Below, piece by piece: positions 1 through 8,916 of a stretch of 64,000 bases of DNA (within the stretch, counting starts at the first letter, position 1; the number at the start of each line of letters is the position of its first letter). This DNA comes from Thermomicrobiales bacterium (GTDB lineage: Bacteria > Chloroflexota > Chloroflexia > Thermomicrobiales > CFX8): contig JBDHWD010000002.1 of NCBI GenBank assembly GCA_039810005.1, forward strand, positions 28,433 through 92,432, given 5' to 3'. Below the pieces are notes generated by a model that was not told where the DNA came from, searched no databases, and worked only from the letters and a program-made list of their open reading frames with translations. The translations under genes were made by a program, and so were the position numbers.

Positions 1-902
1 ACCCAATCCCGTTTTCGTCGCTGCACGGCATCGGCACCGGCGATCTGCTGGACGAGATCGTCCGGCGGCTGCCGCGTGCCGACGAGGTCGAGGAGGAGAC
101 GGAAACTCCGGCTATCGCGATCGTTGGCCGCCCGAACGTCGGCAAGTCAGCACTACTGAATGCCTTAATCGGCTCAGAGCGATCGATTGTCGCTGACATG
201 CCCGGCACGACGCGCGACACAATCGATACCGTCGTCGACTGGGCCGGCAACCGCGTGCTGCTGATCGACACGGCCGGCATTCGTCGCCGGGGACGGATCG
301 AGAGCGGCATCGAGAAATACAGCGTGCTGCGCTCTGAACGCGCGGTCGATCGCGCCGATGTCGCACTGGTGGTGATAGATGCTGAAGAGGGCTTCACAGC
401 GCAGGATCAGCACATCGCCGGTTACGTGGTCGAGCAGGGCAAGGGTCTCGTTCTCGTCGTTAATAAGTGGGACGCGATCACCAAAGACGACAAGACTATG
501 GACGAGTATCGAAAGAAGGCCGCTGAGTTCTTCAACTTCGCGCCGTGGGCACCGCTCGTGTTTGTGTCGGCGCTCTCCGGACAGCGCGTCAACCAGATCA
601 TCGAGATTGCGCTCCACGTTATCGGGGAGCGAGTCAAGCGCATCAGCACCGGCGAGCTCAACCGACTTGTGCGCGACGCCGTTGCGAAGCACCCGCCACC
701 TTCCAAGGCGGGCAAATGGCTCAAGTTCTATTACGCAACGCAAGGCGGGGTGAATCCACCGCGGTTCATATTCTTCTGTAACGACCCTCGTGCGGTACAT
801 TTTTCGTATGAGCGTTACCTTGAGAACCAGATCCGCGATTACTACCAGTTCGATGGCACGCCGATCGTGCTGCAGTTCCGCGGCCGACGACGCGATGACT
901 AG
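1..902 (+). CDS. der: GTPase Der (EngA), 5'-truncated by window edge (reading frame 3)
   Basis: Frame 3 is open from the window edge. It reads ...AIAIVGRPNVGKSALLN (P-loop of second G domain), DTAGIRRRG and NKWD, then the C-terminal KH-like KFYYATQGGVNPPRFIFF. plsY lies directly downstream, as in many bacteria. Confidence 0.9.
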   Translation, partial: PIPFSSLHGIGTGDLLDEIVRRLPRADEVEEETETPAIAIVGRPNVGKSALLNALIGSERSIVADMPGTTRDTIDTVVDWAGNRVLLIDTAGIRRRGRIESGIEKYSVLRSERAVDRADVALVVIDAEEGFTAQDQHIAGYVVEQGKGLVLVVNKWDAITKDDKTMDEYRKKAAEFFNFAPWAPLVFVSALSGQRVNQIIEIALHVIGERVKRISTGELNRLVRDAVAKHPPPSKAGKWLKFYYATQGGVNPPRFIFFCNDPRAVHFSYERYLENQIRDYYQFDGTPIVLQFRGRRRDD

Positions 903-911
903 GAGCCGAGC

Positions 912-1532
912 ATGACGCAGGTGCTCGTGCTAGTTGCTGCCTATCTGATTGGCACACTACCGACTGGCTACGTGCTGACCCGCTTCCTTGCCGGCGTCGA
1001 TCTTCGCAGCGTCGGAAGCGGTGGCACGGGCGCCACGAACGCGCAGCGTGCGCTCGGCACGAAGTGGGGCATCATCGTCGCGATCGTCGATGTCCTCAAG
1101 GGTGTTGCAGCAATCGTCCTGGCGCGTGTCGCCGGAGTGGATGACGCGTGGGTGGCAGCCAGCGGCGCGGCAGTCATTGCCGGGCATTGCTGGCCGGTCT
1201 GGTTGCGCTTTCGCGGTGGAAAGGGCGTTGCGACCGGTGCGGGCGCTGCGCTGGCGCTGTCACTGTGGAGCGTCGCCCTGATCCCGGTCATGGTCATTCC
1301 GATTGCGCTGACGCGGTACGTGTCGCTCGGCTCGGTCCTCGCAGCGCTCGCAACGCCGGTAATGATGGCCATCCTCGCTGCTGCGGACGTTGTGCCCTGG
1401 TCGTACGTCGGTTTCGGAGTCGTTGCCGCGGCGATCATCGTGTTCCGCCATCGTGCCAACATCGACCGACTCATTCATGGGACCGAACGGAAGCTCGGGC
1501 GAAAGCCATCTGATGTTCAGACCGTAGCGTAA
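912..1532 (+). CDS. plsY: Glycerol-3-phosphate acyltransferase PlsY
   Basis: 206-aa multi-TM protein with SGGTGATN and AGHCWPVWLRFRGGKGVAT motifs. AGGAG sits 7 nt upstream of the ATG. Confidence 0.9.
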   Translation: MTQVLVLVAAYLIGTLPTGYVLTRFLAGVDLRSVGSGGTGATNAQRALGTKWGIIVAIVDVLKGVAAIVLARVAGVDDAWVAASGAAVIAGHCWPVWLRFRGGKGVATGAGAALALSLWSVALIPVMVIPIALTRYVSLGSVLAALATPVMMAILAAADVVPWSYVGFGVVAAAIIVFRHRANIDRLIHGTERKLGRKPSDVQTVA

Positions 1533-1559
1533 TCGCATGGAGGGGAAGAGGGAATCGGA

Positions 1560-2816
1560 GTGGATATGAGCACGCTCGCAAAAGCAGATCCCAAGATCGC
1601 TGAAGTGATCAAGAACGAGGAACGCCGACAGTCATCAACCATTGAGCTTATTGCATCGGAGAATTTCACCAGCGCGGCCGTGATGGAGGCTGTTGGTAGC
1701 GTCCTGACCAACAAGTACGCCGAGGGTCTTCCGGGCAAGCGCTACTACGGCGGGTGTGAGTTTGTCGACGTTGCCGAGAATCTGGCGATTGAGCGCGTCT
1801 GCAAGCTCTTCGGCGCTGAGCACGCCAACGTTCAGCCGCACTCCGGCGCATCGGCGAACCTCGCGGCATACCTCTCCGTCCTGAAGCCGGGCGACCGTAT
1901 TCTCGGCATGAATCTCTCCGAGGGCGGACACCTGACGCACGGCTCTCCTGTGAATTTCTCCGGTACGATCTTCGAGGCGCACTTCTATGGTGTCTCGCCA
2001 GATTCCGAGACGATCGACTATGACAAGGTCCGCGAGGTCGCCCAGCGTGTGCAGCCGAAGATGATCGTCTGCGGCGCGAGTGCCTACTCGCGAACCATCG
2101 ACTTCGCGAAGTTCCGTGAAATCGCCGATGAGGTGGGCGCGCTTGTCATGGCGGACATCGCTCATATCGCCGGCATCGTCGCGACGGGCAAGCATCCAAC
2201 TCCCATCGGTCACGCTCAGTTGACGACCTCAACGACGCACAAGACACTCCGAGGACCGCGCGGCGGGCTCATCATGGCCGAAGGCGACCTGGCCGGGCCG
2301 GTCAACAAGACTCTGTTCCCGGGCCTGCAGGGTGGCCCGCTGATGCACGTCATCGCCGGCAAGGCGGTCGCGTTCGGCGAAGCGCTGGAGCCGTCGTTCG
2401 GCGAGTACATCGACCGCGTGCTCGCGAACGCCCGCGCGTTGAGCGAAGCGGTCCAGGAGCATGGCCTGCGCGTCGTATCAGGCGGCACCGACAATCACCT
2501 GATGCTCGTTGACCTGACAGCAGCTGGCATTAGCGGACGCAAGGCTGAGCGCCGTCTCGAAGCTGCCGGCATCACCGTCAATAAGAACGCAATCCCGAAT
2601 GATCAGCGACCGCCAATGCAGACGAGTGGTATCCGTCTTGGCACGCCTGCCGTCTCTACGCGCGGCTTCGGCGTCGATGATATGAAGCAGATCGGGCAGT
2701 GGATTGCTGACATCGTCCACAATCCGGATGACGATGCGCTGATCGCTCGCATTGGCAAGTCCGTCCATGAGATGGCGACGAGCTATCCGCTGCCGGGAGT
2801 TCAAACGGATGCCTAG
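1560..2816 (+). CDS. glyA: Serine hydroxymethyltransferase
   Basis: Full-length SHMT-like protein ([38 protein letters not shown]). The start may be GTG 1560 or ATG 1566. Confidence 0.95.
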   Translation: MDMSTLAKADPKIAEVIKNEERRQSSTIELIASENFTSAAVMEAVGSVLTNKYAEGLPGKRYYGGCEFVDVAENLAIERVCKLFGAEHANVQPHSGASANLAAYLSVLKPGDRILGMNLSEGGHLTHGSPVNFSGTIFEAHFYGVSPDSETIDYDKVREVAQRVQPKMIVCGASAYSRTIDFAKFREIADEVGALVMADIAHIAGIVATGKHPTPIGHAQLTTSTTHKTLRGPRGGLIMAEGDLAGPVNKTLFPGLQGGPLMHVIAGKAVAFGEALEPSFGEYIDRVLANARALSEAVQEHGLRVVSGGTDNHLMLVDLTAAGISGRKAERRLEAAGITVNKNAIPNDQRPPMQTSGIRLGTPAVSTRGFGVDDMKQIGQWIADIVHNPDDDALIARIGKSVHEMATSYPLPGVQTDA

Positions 2817-2843
2817 ATCCGTGGAGCTGACGGGCGTGGGCTG

Positions 2844-3917
2844 ATGCCGCACTGGCTGATTGCCGCGCTCGTCGGCCTCACTGCGTTCACTGTCTCGTAT
2901 TTGGTTGTTCCGCAGCTTCGCGGGTTAGCCCTGCACGCGAAACTGTTTGATATGCCCGACCCGCTGCGCGTGCATACGACGCCGCTGCCACGGATCGGCG
3001 GGATTGGCATTTTTCTGGGCTTCATCGCCGCAGTTGGCATCTCATTCGCGCTGCCAGTTACCCGCTTTCAGATCGAGGTCGAGCGCATTGTCCTGCTGCT
3101 GGTCGGAGCAACGATCGTCGTCGCAATCATGGCATTTGACGACATCATCGGTATCGCGCCGCTGCCGAAGCTCATCCTGCAGGTGGTTGCAGCGGCGGTG
3201 GTGGTCGTGCCGCGCTGGCGCGGTGGCGACTACGGCATCGTCGTTGAGCAGTTCAACGCTCCGTGGGTCGGCACGGTCCACCTGCCGATCGCCATTGCGG
3301 TGCTATTCACGATCTTCTGGATCGTCGGCATGATGAACGCCGTGAATTGGTCGGACGGTCTGGATGGACTTGCAGGAACGATCGCGCTTGTCTCCAGCAT
3401 CGTTCTCTTCCTGCACACATTCTTTCGGCCCGCCGGCGATCCGCAGTTTACGATCTCGGTGCTGGCGATCGCGCTGGCTGGTGCGATTCTCGGATTCCTG
3501 CCCTACAACTGGCATCCATCGTCGATCATCATGGGGGACTCCGGGGCGATGTTCCTGGGGTTTGCGCTGGCTACGATCAGCGTAATCGGCGGCGCGAAGA
3601 TCGCAACGACGCTGCTGGCGATGGGGATACCAATCCTCGATACCGCCTGGGTCATCATCTACCGAGTGATGCACGGGCGGTCACCGGTCATCCGCGACCG
3701 CGGGCATCTGCATCATCGTCTGCTGGACGCGGGTCTGACGCAGCCACAAGTGGTTGGTTGCTTCTGCGCATTGACGGCCGCCTTCGGCGCGTCGTCGCTA
3801 CTGCTACCGACGCGTGAGTCAAAGCTTTACGGGTTGATGCTGATGGCGCTTGTACTACTCGTCATCATCACCTGGCTCGCTCGTCGCCGACCGATTCAGG
3901 GAAACGTGACCGAGTAG
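2844..3917 (+). CDS. Glycosyltransferase family 4 (MraY/WecA-type polyprenyl-phosphate sugar-1-phosphate transferase)
   Basis: 357-aa polytopic membrane protein with MNAVNWSDGLDGLAG and IIMGDSGAMFLGF motifs typical of the MraY/WecA family. Confidence 0.8.
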   Translation: MPHWLIAALVGLTAFTVSYLVVPQLRGLALHAKLFDMPDPLRVHTTPLPRIGGIGIFLGFIAAVGISFALPVTRFQIEVERIVLLLVGATIVVAIMAFDDIIGIAPLPKLILQVVAAAVVVVPRWRGGDYGIVVEQFNAPWVGTVHLPIAIAVLFTIFWIVGMMNAVNWSDGLDGLAGTIALVSSIVLFLHTFFRPAGDPQFTISVLAIALAGAILGFLPYNWHPSSIIMGDSGAMFLGFALATISVIGGAKIATTLLAMGIPILDTAWVIIYRVMHGRSPVIRDRGHLHHRLLDAGLTQPQVVGCFCALTAAFGASSLLLPTRESKLYGLMLMALVLLVIITWLARRRPIQGNVTE

Positions 3918-3921
3918 ACGA

Positions 3922-4089
3922 CTACTGCGCGAGCAGCTCCCAGCGGGGATGCTGACGATCCGTCCGGCGCATCGCGGTCGTCAGAAGTCCGCGCCAGGAT
4001 GGCACGCGGAGCAGGGCTGCGATGATCGCGCCAATGGCCAAGGCAACGACAACCGATACCCCTGCGATCAATGAAACCGTGCGGCCCAT
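3922..4089 (-). CDS. Possible 55-aa single-TM small protein downstream of rsfS (below ORF-track cutoff)
   Basis: ATG 4089 is preceded by GAAGGGGAAG. The translation is MGRTVSLIAGVSVVVALAIGAIIAALLRVPSWRG..., with one hydrophobic helix and GC-rich third codon positions. No homology was recognised. Confidence 0.3.
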   Translation of the reverse strand: MGRTVSLIAGVSVVVALAIGAIIAALLRVPSWRGLLTTAMRRTDRQHPRWELLAQ

Positions 4090-4127
4090 TCCCACTGCTT
4101 CCCCTTCGTCGACGCGGATGCTCAGAG

Positions 4128-4475
4128 CTACTGAATCACGAGTAGCGTTGGCGCTTCGGACCAGACATCCTCAAGCCGGTAAAACTGGCGCTGATCATCA
4201 GTAAACAGATGGACAACCACGTCACCGTAGTCGAGCAATACCCAACCAGTGTCGGGAGTCCCTTCGACCCGAATGGGTCGAATCCCCTGTTCCTGCAGAC
4301 CCTCAGTCACGTCTTCCTGCACCGCGCGAAGCTGCCGTGGGTTGTCGACCGAGCAGACAACGAACACGTCCGCGATCACTGAAATCTTGCCGATGTCCAG
4401 GACCGTGATGTTCGTTGCCAGTGCGTCCGACGCTAGCTCGGCAATCGTGCGGGCGATCTCGACTGGCTCTGGCAT
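4128..4475 (-). CDS. rsfS: Ribosome silencing factor RsfS (iojap family)
   Basis: DIGKISVIADVFVVCS...WVLLDYGDVVVHLF...FYRLEDVW is a typical RsfS core. I chose ATG 4475 (MPEPVEIART) with GGAGG upstream over the longer track start. Confidence 0.85.
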   Translation of the reverse strand: MPEPVEIARTIAELASDALATNITVLDIGKISVIADVFVVCSVDNPRQLRAVQEDVTEGLQEQGIRPIRVEGTPDTGWVLLDYGDVVVHLFTDDQRQFYRLEDVWSEAPTLLVIQ

Positions 4476-4502
4476 TGTCCTCCGAAGTATGTACGTACAC
4501 CT

Positions 4503-4531
4503 ATAATACACGCGTCCGAACGCGGGTACAA
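4503..4531 (-). promoter_or_regulatory. Candidate sigma-70 promoter for rsfS (TTGTAC-N17-TATTAT)
   Basis: Read on the minus strand, the -35 TTGTAC is at 4531..4526, the spacer is 17 nt, and the -10 TATTAT is at 4508..4503. This lies about 30 nt upstream of the rsfS ATG. Confidence 0.4.
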
Positions 4532-4544
4532 GCGGTCGGCTGGG

Positions 4545-4616
4545 TGGGCCTGGCAGGAATCGAACCTGCGACCATGAGGTTATGAGCCCCTTGCTCTGCC
4601 ATTGAGCTACAGGCCC
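4545..4616 (-). tRNA. tRNA with CAT anticodon (elongator Met, or Ile2 if lysidine-modified); not an initiator
   Basis: 72-nt cloverleaf: GGGCCTG TA GCTC AATGGCA GAGC A AGGGG CTCATAA CCTCA TGGTC GCAGG TTCGATT CCTGC CAGGCCC A. There is a G1-C72 pair and no encoded CCA. Confidence 0.85.
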
Positions 4617-4758
4617 GCCGAACGCCGGTAAGCGGATCGACCTTCAGTATACCGAGACTCGCCAACGCCGGAACTCTGCATCGCTGATGACAGTTCCGAC
4701 ACAGTCATGTCGCCGCTACCAACGCAGCGGCGACATATCCCAAGTGACCGCAAAACCA

Positions 4759-6270
4759 TTACGACTCGGGCGACCACTCCAGATCCTGATCGAGCGGATA
4801 GATCGGCCGGCGCAGTGACTTGTAATCGAACGTTTCGAGACGTGGGCTGCTGATGCCTGGCGCATCGACCTCGATGACTTTTGTCGCAATCGGCTCGAAC
4901 GCAGCGCGGAAGTGAGCTGCGCTCTTGAGTACCAGAATGCGGCGCTCGGTCGGCTCGATACCGAACGCACGGAAGAAGTTGAGGTCGTTGGGATGGCCGC
5001 GCAAGTCGGTGAGCTGCAGTTCGATGCCGCCCGGTCCACCGATTTCAAGCACGACAGTGCGGCCACGGCTGGCAGACGTGCCACGTCCCATGACGCCGCC
5101 CATCATGAATCGGCCCTCATGGATCAGGCGTACCATGCCGGTCACCTCGACTGAGCCGCCGTGCATCGAATCATGCTTGCCGCCGACAGTCAGCGTCACG
5201 GTTGATCCGACGCCGGCGTCGATGCAGGCTTGCACTGCATCGCGATCCATGATCTGTGCGAAGGCTGCTGAGCGCGCATTTGCCTTCAGCAGGCCGCGCA
5301 GGATCTCAGCGCCGTCGCCGGCGGTACCGCTCGCTCCAGAGTCCGAGATGTCGGCCAGGACGTAGACGCTGCCCTCTTCAGCGGCCAGCGCTTCCGCGAT
5401 GGCGTCATCGATCGGCGTCGGATGGATCGTGAAGTCCTCGCGCTTGTCCCAGCAAAGCTGCGCGAGCTCGTTGGCATACTTCTGCGCCAACGCCTGATCG
5501 CCATCGGTCACAACGATCGTCGCAACACCAGTGAATGGAACGTCGGAGAAGGGGAAGCCACCGAGGACTGTCGCGGCGAGGACGCCGTCTTCGTTCTCCA
5601 TCTCACGGGCACGATCAATCGCGTCCTTCATTGGCGACTGCCATGTCGTCACCATCGACTGATTCGGCGCGATCAGCGGCACTCGGACATGCGCCATCGT
5701 CGGCGTGACCTTGCCTTTGATTGTGTCGATCAGCATCTTCATCGCCTGTCGACCAGTCTCCGGCATGTCGATGTGCGGATACTCCTTGTACCCGACAAAG
5801 GCCGTGGCTTCGGCCATCATCTCATCCGACAGATTGGTGTGCAGGTCGAGCGGCGCGATGATCGGGATCTCGGGTCCGACCAGCTCGCGAATAGCAGTGA
5901 TCAGCGGACCTTCGCCGTCGTCGTTGTGCTCCAGCGCCATAGCGCCGTGAATGCCGAGCAGGACGCCATCAACCGGCAAGGCGGCCCGGATGCCTTCGAG
6001 GATCTCGTCGCGCAGCGTCTCGAACGCTTCCCTGGAGACGCGGCCGCCTGGCACAGCGTGGCCGTAGGTCGTCGGAATCAGCTCGACGCCCTGGTCCTTT
6101 GCTTCAGCGACGATACCGCCGTAGATGCCGCCAGTGCCGTCGAGATCCAGGATCTCCTGACCGCGGACAATGCCGCTTGACCCCTTGCTGAAGTCACTCA
6201 GGCTCGTCGGTTCCCACTGAAAGGTGTTCGTCTCCTGGGCAATACCGCCCGTGACGATGCGCATGCGCAT
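4759..6270 (-). CDS. M81 family metallopeptidase (MlrC-like)
   Basis: 503 aa. The N-terminus MRIVTGGIAQETNTF and the overall length resemble MlrC/DUF1485-type proteins. The assignment is to family only. Confidence 0.7.
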   Translation of the reverse strand: MRMRIVTGGIAQETNTFQWEPTSLSDFSKGSSGIVRGQEILDLDGTGGIYGGIVAEAKDQGVELIPTTYGHAVPGGRVSREAFETLRDEILEGIRAALPVDGVLLGIHGAMALEHNDDGEGPLITAIRELVGPEIPIIAPLDLHTNLSDEMMAEATAFVGYKEYPHIDMPETGRQAMKMLIDTIKGKVTPTMAHVRVPLIAPNQSMVTTWQSPMKDAIDRAREMENEDGVLAATVLGGFPFSDVPFTGVATIVVTDGDQALAQKYANELAQLCWDKREDFTIHPTPIDDAIAEALAAEEGSVYVLADISDSGASGTAGDGAEILRGLLKANARSAAFAQIMDRDAVQACIDAGVGSTVTLTVGGKHDSMHGGSVEVTGMVRLIHEGRFMMGGVMGRGTSASRGRTVVLEIGGPGGIELQLTDLRGHPNDLNFFRAFGIEPTERRILVLKSAAHFRAAFEPIATKVIEVDAPGISSPRLETFDYKSLRRPIYPLDQDLEWSPES

Positions 6271-6303
6271 GCCCTCTCCCTCATGAATCGTCTGACTTGC
6301 GGC

Positions 6304-6332
6304 AGTATCGCCTCAGACGCGCATATCGGCAA
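6304..6332 (-). promoter_or_regulatory. Candidate promoter for the MlrC-like gene (TTGCCG-N17-GATACT)
   Basis: Minus strand: -35 at 6332..6327, 17-nt spacer, -10 at 6309..6304. This is about 35 nt upstream of ATG 6270. Confidence 0.35.
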
Positions 6333-6351
6333 CAGGAGCGCGCGGCAAGCA

Positions 6352-7581
6352 TTACCTGGAGGAGTAAGCGGCCAGGACCTCACGATAGAGAGCGATGGTC
6401 TTCTCAGCTATGGCATCCCACGAGAAGTGCGACTCAACCCGCGCGCGACCGTTCTCCCCGAAGCGTGCTTGTGTCTCCGCACTGAGCGCGACCTCGTTGA
6501 TCGCGCGCGCCAGGCCCGCAGAGAAGGCAGGCGGGTCGACAGGTTCGAACGTTCCTGGTTTCAGTTCGAGATTCACCAGCAGCCCGGTCTCGCCAGGCAC
6601 GACGACCTCGGGGATGCCGCCGATGTTTGATGCCACAACCGCCGTACGGCACGCCATCGCTTCCAGATTGATGATGCCGAACGGCTCGTAGACAGAAGGA
6701 CAGCAGAACACTGCGGCGTGCGAGTAGAACTGGATCACCTCGGGACGCGGCAGCATCTCCTCGATCCAGATGACACCCGGGCGCTGCTCGCTGACTGCGG
6801 CAACTCGCTCGGACATCTCCTTGCCGATCTCCGGTGTATCCGGCGCGCCTGCTAGCAGTACGATCTGCAGCGACGGGTCGATATCGGGTATCGCGTTGAC
6901 CAGATGGATGATGCCCTTCTGGCGCGTGATACGGCCGACGAATAGCACGTAGGGTCGGTCCGGATCGACACCACGAGCCCTCAGTGCCTCTGTCGATGGA
7001 TCGTACTGGTACTCGTCGAGGTCAATGCCATTGTGGATGACATGGACACGGTCGGCGTCGACGGTGAAGTTGTTGAGGATATCCTGTCGCGTCTCCTTCG
7101 AGACGGCGATCACCGCATCGGCAGACTCGATACTGATGCGCTCCATCCACGAGCTCAGGTGGTATGCCGCGCCCAGCTGTTCAACCTTCCACGGCCGCAG
7201 GGGTTCCAGCGAGTGTGTCGTCAGGACAAATGGAACGTCCCACAGCATCCGGGCGAGGAAGCCGCCGATATCGGTGTACCAGGTGTGGCAATGGACGACC
7301 TGCGCATCGAGCGTGTCCTTCGCCATCGCCAGGCTCCGGGAGAACGCATCCAGCGCCCCGCGATAACGCGGGTCGGTCCCAGTCTGCATCTCCGACCAAC
7401 CCTGATAGCCATGGACCTGCAGCGATCCATCGTCGATTCGCTGGTCGCCGAACGACCGGACCTCAACGTCGATATATCTGGCGAGGGCGCGACTGAGGTA
7501 TTCGACATGCACACCTGCGCCGCCGTAAACGTTCGGCGGATACTCGTTCGTCAGGAGTGCAACGCGCTTCAGCTCAGTCAC
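6352..7581 (-). CDS. GT4-family glycosyltransferase, glycogen synthase-like (actinobacterial GlgA/GlgM type)
   Basis: 409 aa beginning LLTNEYPPNVYGGAGVHVEYL, with a C-terminal EPFGIINLEAMA (E-x7-E region). GTG start at 7581 with GGAGGA upstream. Confidence 0.75.
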   Translation of the reverse strand: MTELKRVALLTNEYPPNVYGGAGVHVEYLSRALARYIDVEVRSFGDQRIDDGSLQVHGYQGWSEMQTGTDPRYRGALDAFSRSLAMAKDTLDAQVVHCHTWYTDIGGFLARMLWDVPFVLTTHSLEPLRPWKVEQLGAAYHLSSWMERISIESADAVIAVSKETRQDILNNFTVDADRVHVIHNGIDLDEYQYDPSTEALRARGVDPDRPYVLFVGRITRQKGIIHLVNAIPDIDPSLQIVLLAGAPDTPEIGKEMSERVAAVSEQRPGVIWIEEMLPRPEVIQFYSHAAVFCCPSVYEPFGIINLEAMACRTAVVASNIGGIPEVVVPGETGLLVNLELKPGTFEPVDPPAFSAGLARAINEVALSAETQARFGENGRARVESHFSWDAIAEKTIALYREVLAAYSSR

Positions 7582-7689
7582 TTATCCTCCAGCTCTTGTC
7601 AGGTCATTCGATCCCGCTGCTCACAAGCAGCAGAGCAACGAAGATCCTATCACTGGTCGGTCTGGTCGTTTGACTTTAGAAGACAGCGC

Positions 7690-7730
7690 AAGACATAAAG
7701 AACGGCGGCACCGATTACTCGACGCCGCCG
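7690..7730 (-). terminator. Intrinsic terminator after the tRNA-Pro/tRNA-Gly pair
   Basis: Minus-strand hairpin CGGCGGC(14-nt loop)GCCGCCG at 7730..7703, followed by TTCTTTATGTCTT. Confidence 0.45.
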
Positions 7731-7754
7731 CGCTAGTGCGATTGAGCTGAAATC

Positions 7755-7830
7755 TGGAGCGGGGGACGGGATTCGAACCCGCGACATTCTGCTTGGAAGG
7801 CAGACACTCTACCAGCTGAGTTACCCCCGC
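7755..7830 (-). tRNA. tRNA-Gly (anticodon TCC), CCA encoded
   Basis: 76-nt cloverleaf: GCGGGGG TA ACTC AGCTGGTA GAGT G TCTGC CTTCCAA GCAGA ATGTC GCGGG TTCGAAT CCCGT CCCCCGC T CCA. Confidence 0.9.
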
Positions 7831-7842
7831 AAGGTATGCAAG

Positions 7843-7915
7843 TCGGGGTGAGAGGACTCGAACCTCCGACCTCAGCGTCCCAAACGCCGCGCGCTACCAA
7901 CTGCGCCACACCCCG
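7843..7915 (-). tRNA. tRNA-Pro (anticodon TGG)
   Basis: 73-nt cloverleaf: CGGGGTG TG GCGC AGTTGGTA GCGC G CGGCG TTTGGGA CGCTG AGGTC GGAGG TTCGAGT CCTCT CACCCCG A. Confidence 0.9.
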
Positions 7916-7926
7916 TCGCAGCCCGA

Positions 7927-7956
7927 ATTATACAGTCCCCGGGCTACATCTTTCGA
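7927..7956 (-). promoter_or_regulatory. Candidate promoter for the tRNA-Pro/tRNA-Gly pair (TCGAAA-N18-TATAAT)
   Basis: Minus strand: -35 at 7956..7951 and -10 TATAAT at 7932..7927. The tRNA-Pro 5' end at 7915 lies about 12 nt downstream of the -10. Confidence 0.4.
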
Positions 7957-7965
7957 CTTTCGGGA

Positions 7966-8910
7966 CTAGAGATCCTTCAGGATCAAGCGTGCTTCCTGCT
8001 CGTCACGATTCATTTGCTCGATCAGCTGCTCTGCGCTCTCGAACGCCTGATCTCCGCGGATGCGCGCGACGAACTCGATCTCGAGCTCCTGCGTATACAG
8101 GTCGCCGCTGAAGTCGAGGATGTAGGCTTCGACGATGCGGTTACCGTTATCGAACGTCGGCCGTGAACCAATATAGACGATCGCCTTGCGGGCCGACATC
8201 TGACCGTCGGGCAAGTGGGCGAGAGCAGCGTAGATGCCGTCGGCAGGCACGCAGACTGTCGGATCAACTGTCAGGTTCGCGGTGGGGAAGCCAAGTTCGC
8301 GGCCACGGGCCTCACCATGCTCAACCGTGCCGAGCAGGCGATAGCGCCGACCGAGGTAGCGCTCGGCTTCGGCAATGTCACCGCTCGTCAGGGCTGCCCG
8401 GATGTTCGAGCTGCTAATCATCGCGTCGTCGTCGCGCAGCCGCGTCACGATGGTGGTATCGAACCCATGTGTCGCACCGAACTGGCGAATCGTATCGCCA
8501 TCGCCAGCGCGAGCTTTCCCGAATCGAAAGCCCTCGCCGACAAAAACCTCCACCGGCTGGACAGTCGACAGCAACAGGTCGAGAAATTCTTCAGGAGTCA
8601 GCGTCGAGAACTCGCGGGTGAACTCGATGACTGCGACGCTATCCAGGCCAGTCGCACGCAAGAGGCGCAGCTTTTCAGCCGCCGTGGCAATGCGCTCGGG
8701 TGCGAGATCGGGGCGCAGCACGGCAGCCGGATGGGGCTCGAAGGTGATGGCCAGCGATTCTGCGCCGCGCCGTTGCGCAGACGCCTTGACCTTCTCAATA
8801 AGGTACTGATGTCCGCGATGGACGCCGTCGAAGTTTCCGATCGTAACGACATGAGGTGCAGTTCCTGCTGCTGCCAGCGCTGCTTTCGCCCGCTCAAATG
8901 CCGTCGTCAC
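7966..8910 (-). CDS. ribF: Bifunctional riboflavin kinase / FMN adenylyltransferase
   Basis: 314 aa with GNFDGVHRGHQ at the N-terminus and GFPTAN...RPTF in the C-terminal kinase domain. Follows truB, the canonical order. Confidence 0.9.
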   Translation of the reverse strand: MTTAFERAKAALAAAGTAPHVVTIGNFDGVHRGHQYLIEKVKASAQRRGAESLAITFEPHPAAVLRPDLAPERIATAAEKLRLLRATGLDSVAVIEFTREFSTLTPEEFLDLLLSTVQPVEVFVGEGFRFGKARAGDGDTIRQFGATHGFDTTIVTRLRDDDAMISSSNIRAALTSGDIAEAERYLGRRYRLLGTVEHGEARGRELGFPTANLTVDPTVCVPADGIYAALAHLPDGQMSARKAIVYIGSRPTFDNGNRIVEAYILDFSGDLYTQELEIEFVARIRGDQAFESAEQLIEQMNRDEQEARLILKDL

Positions 8911-8916
8911 GTCGTC

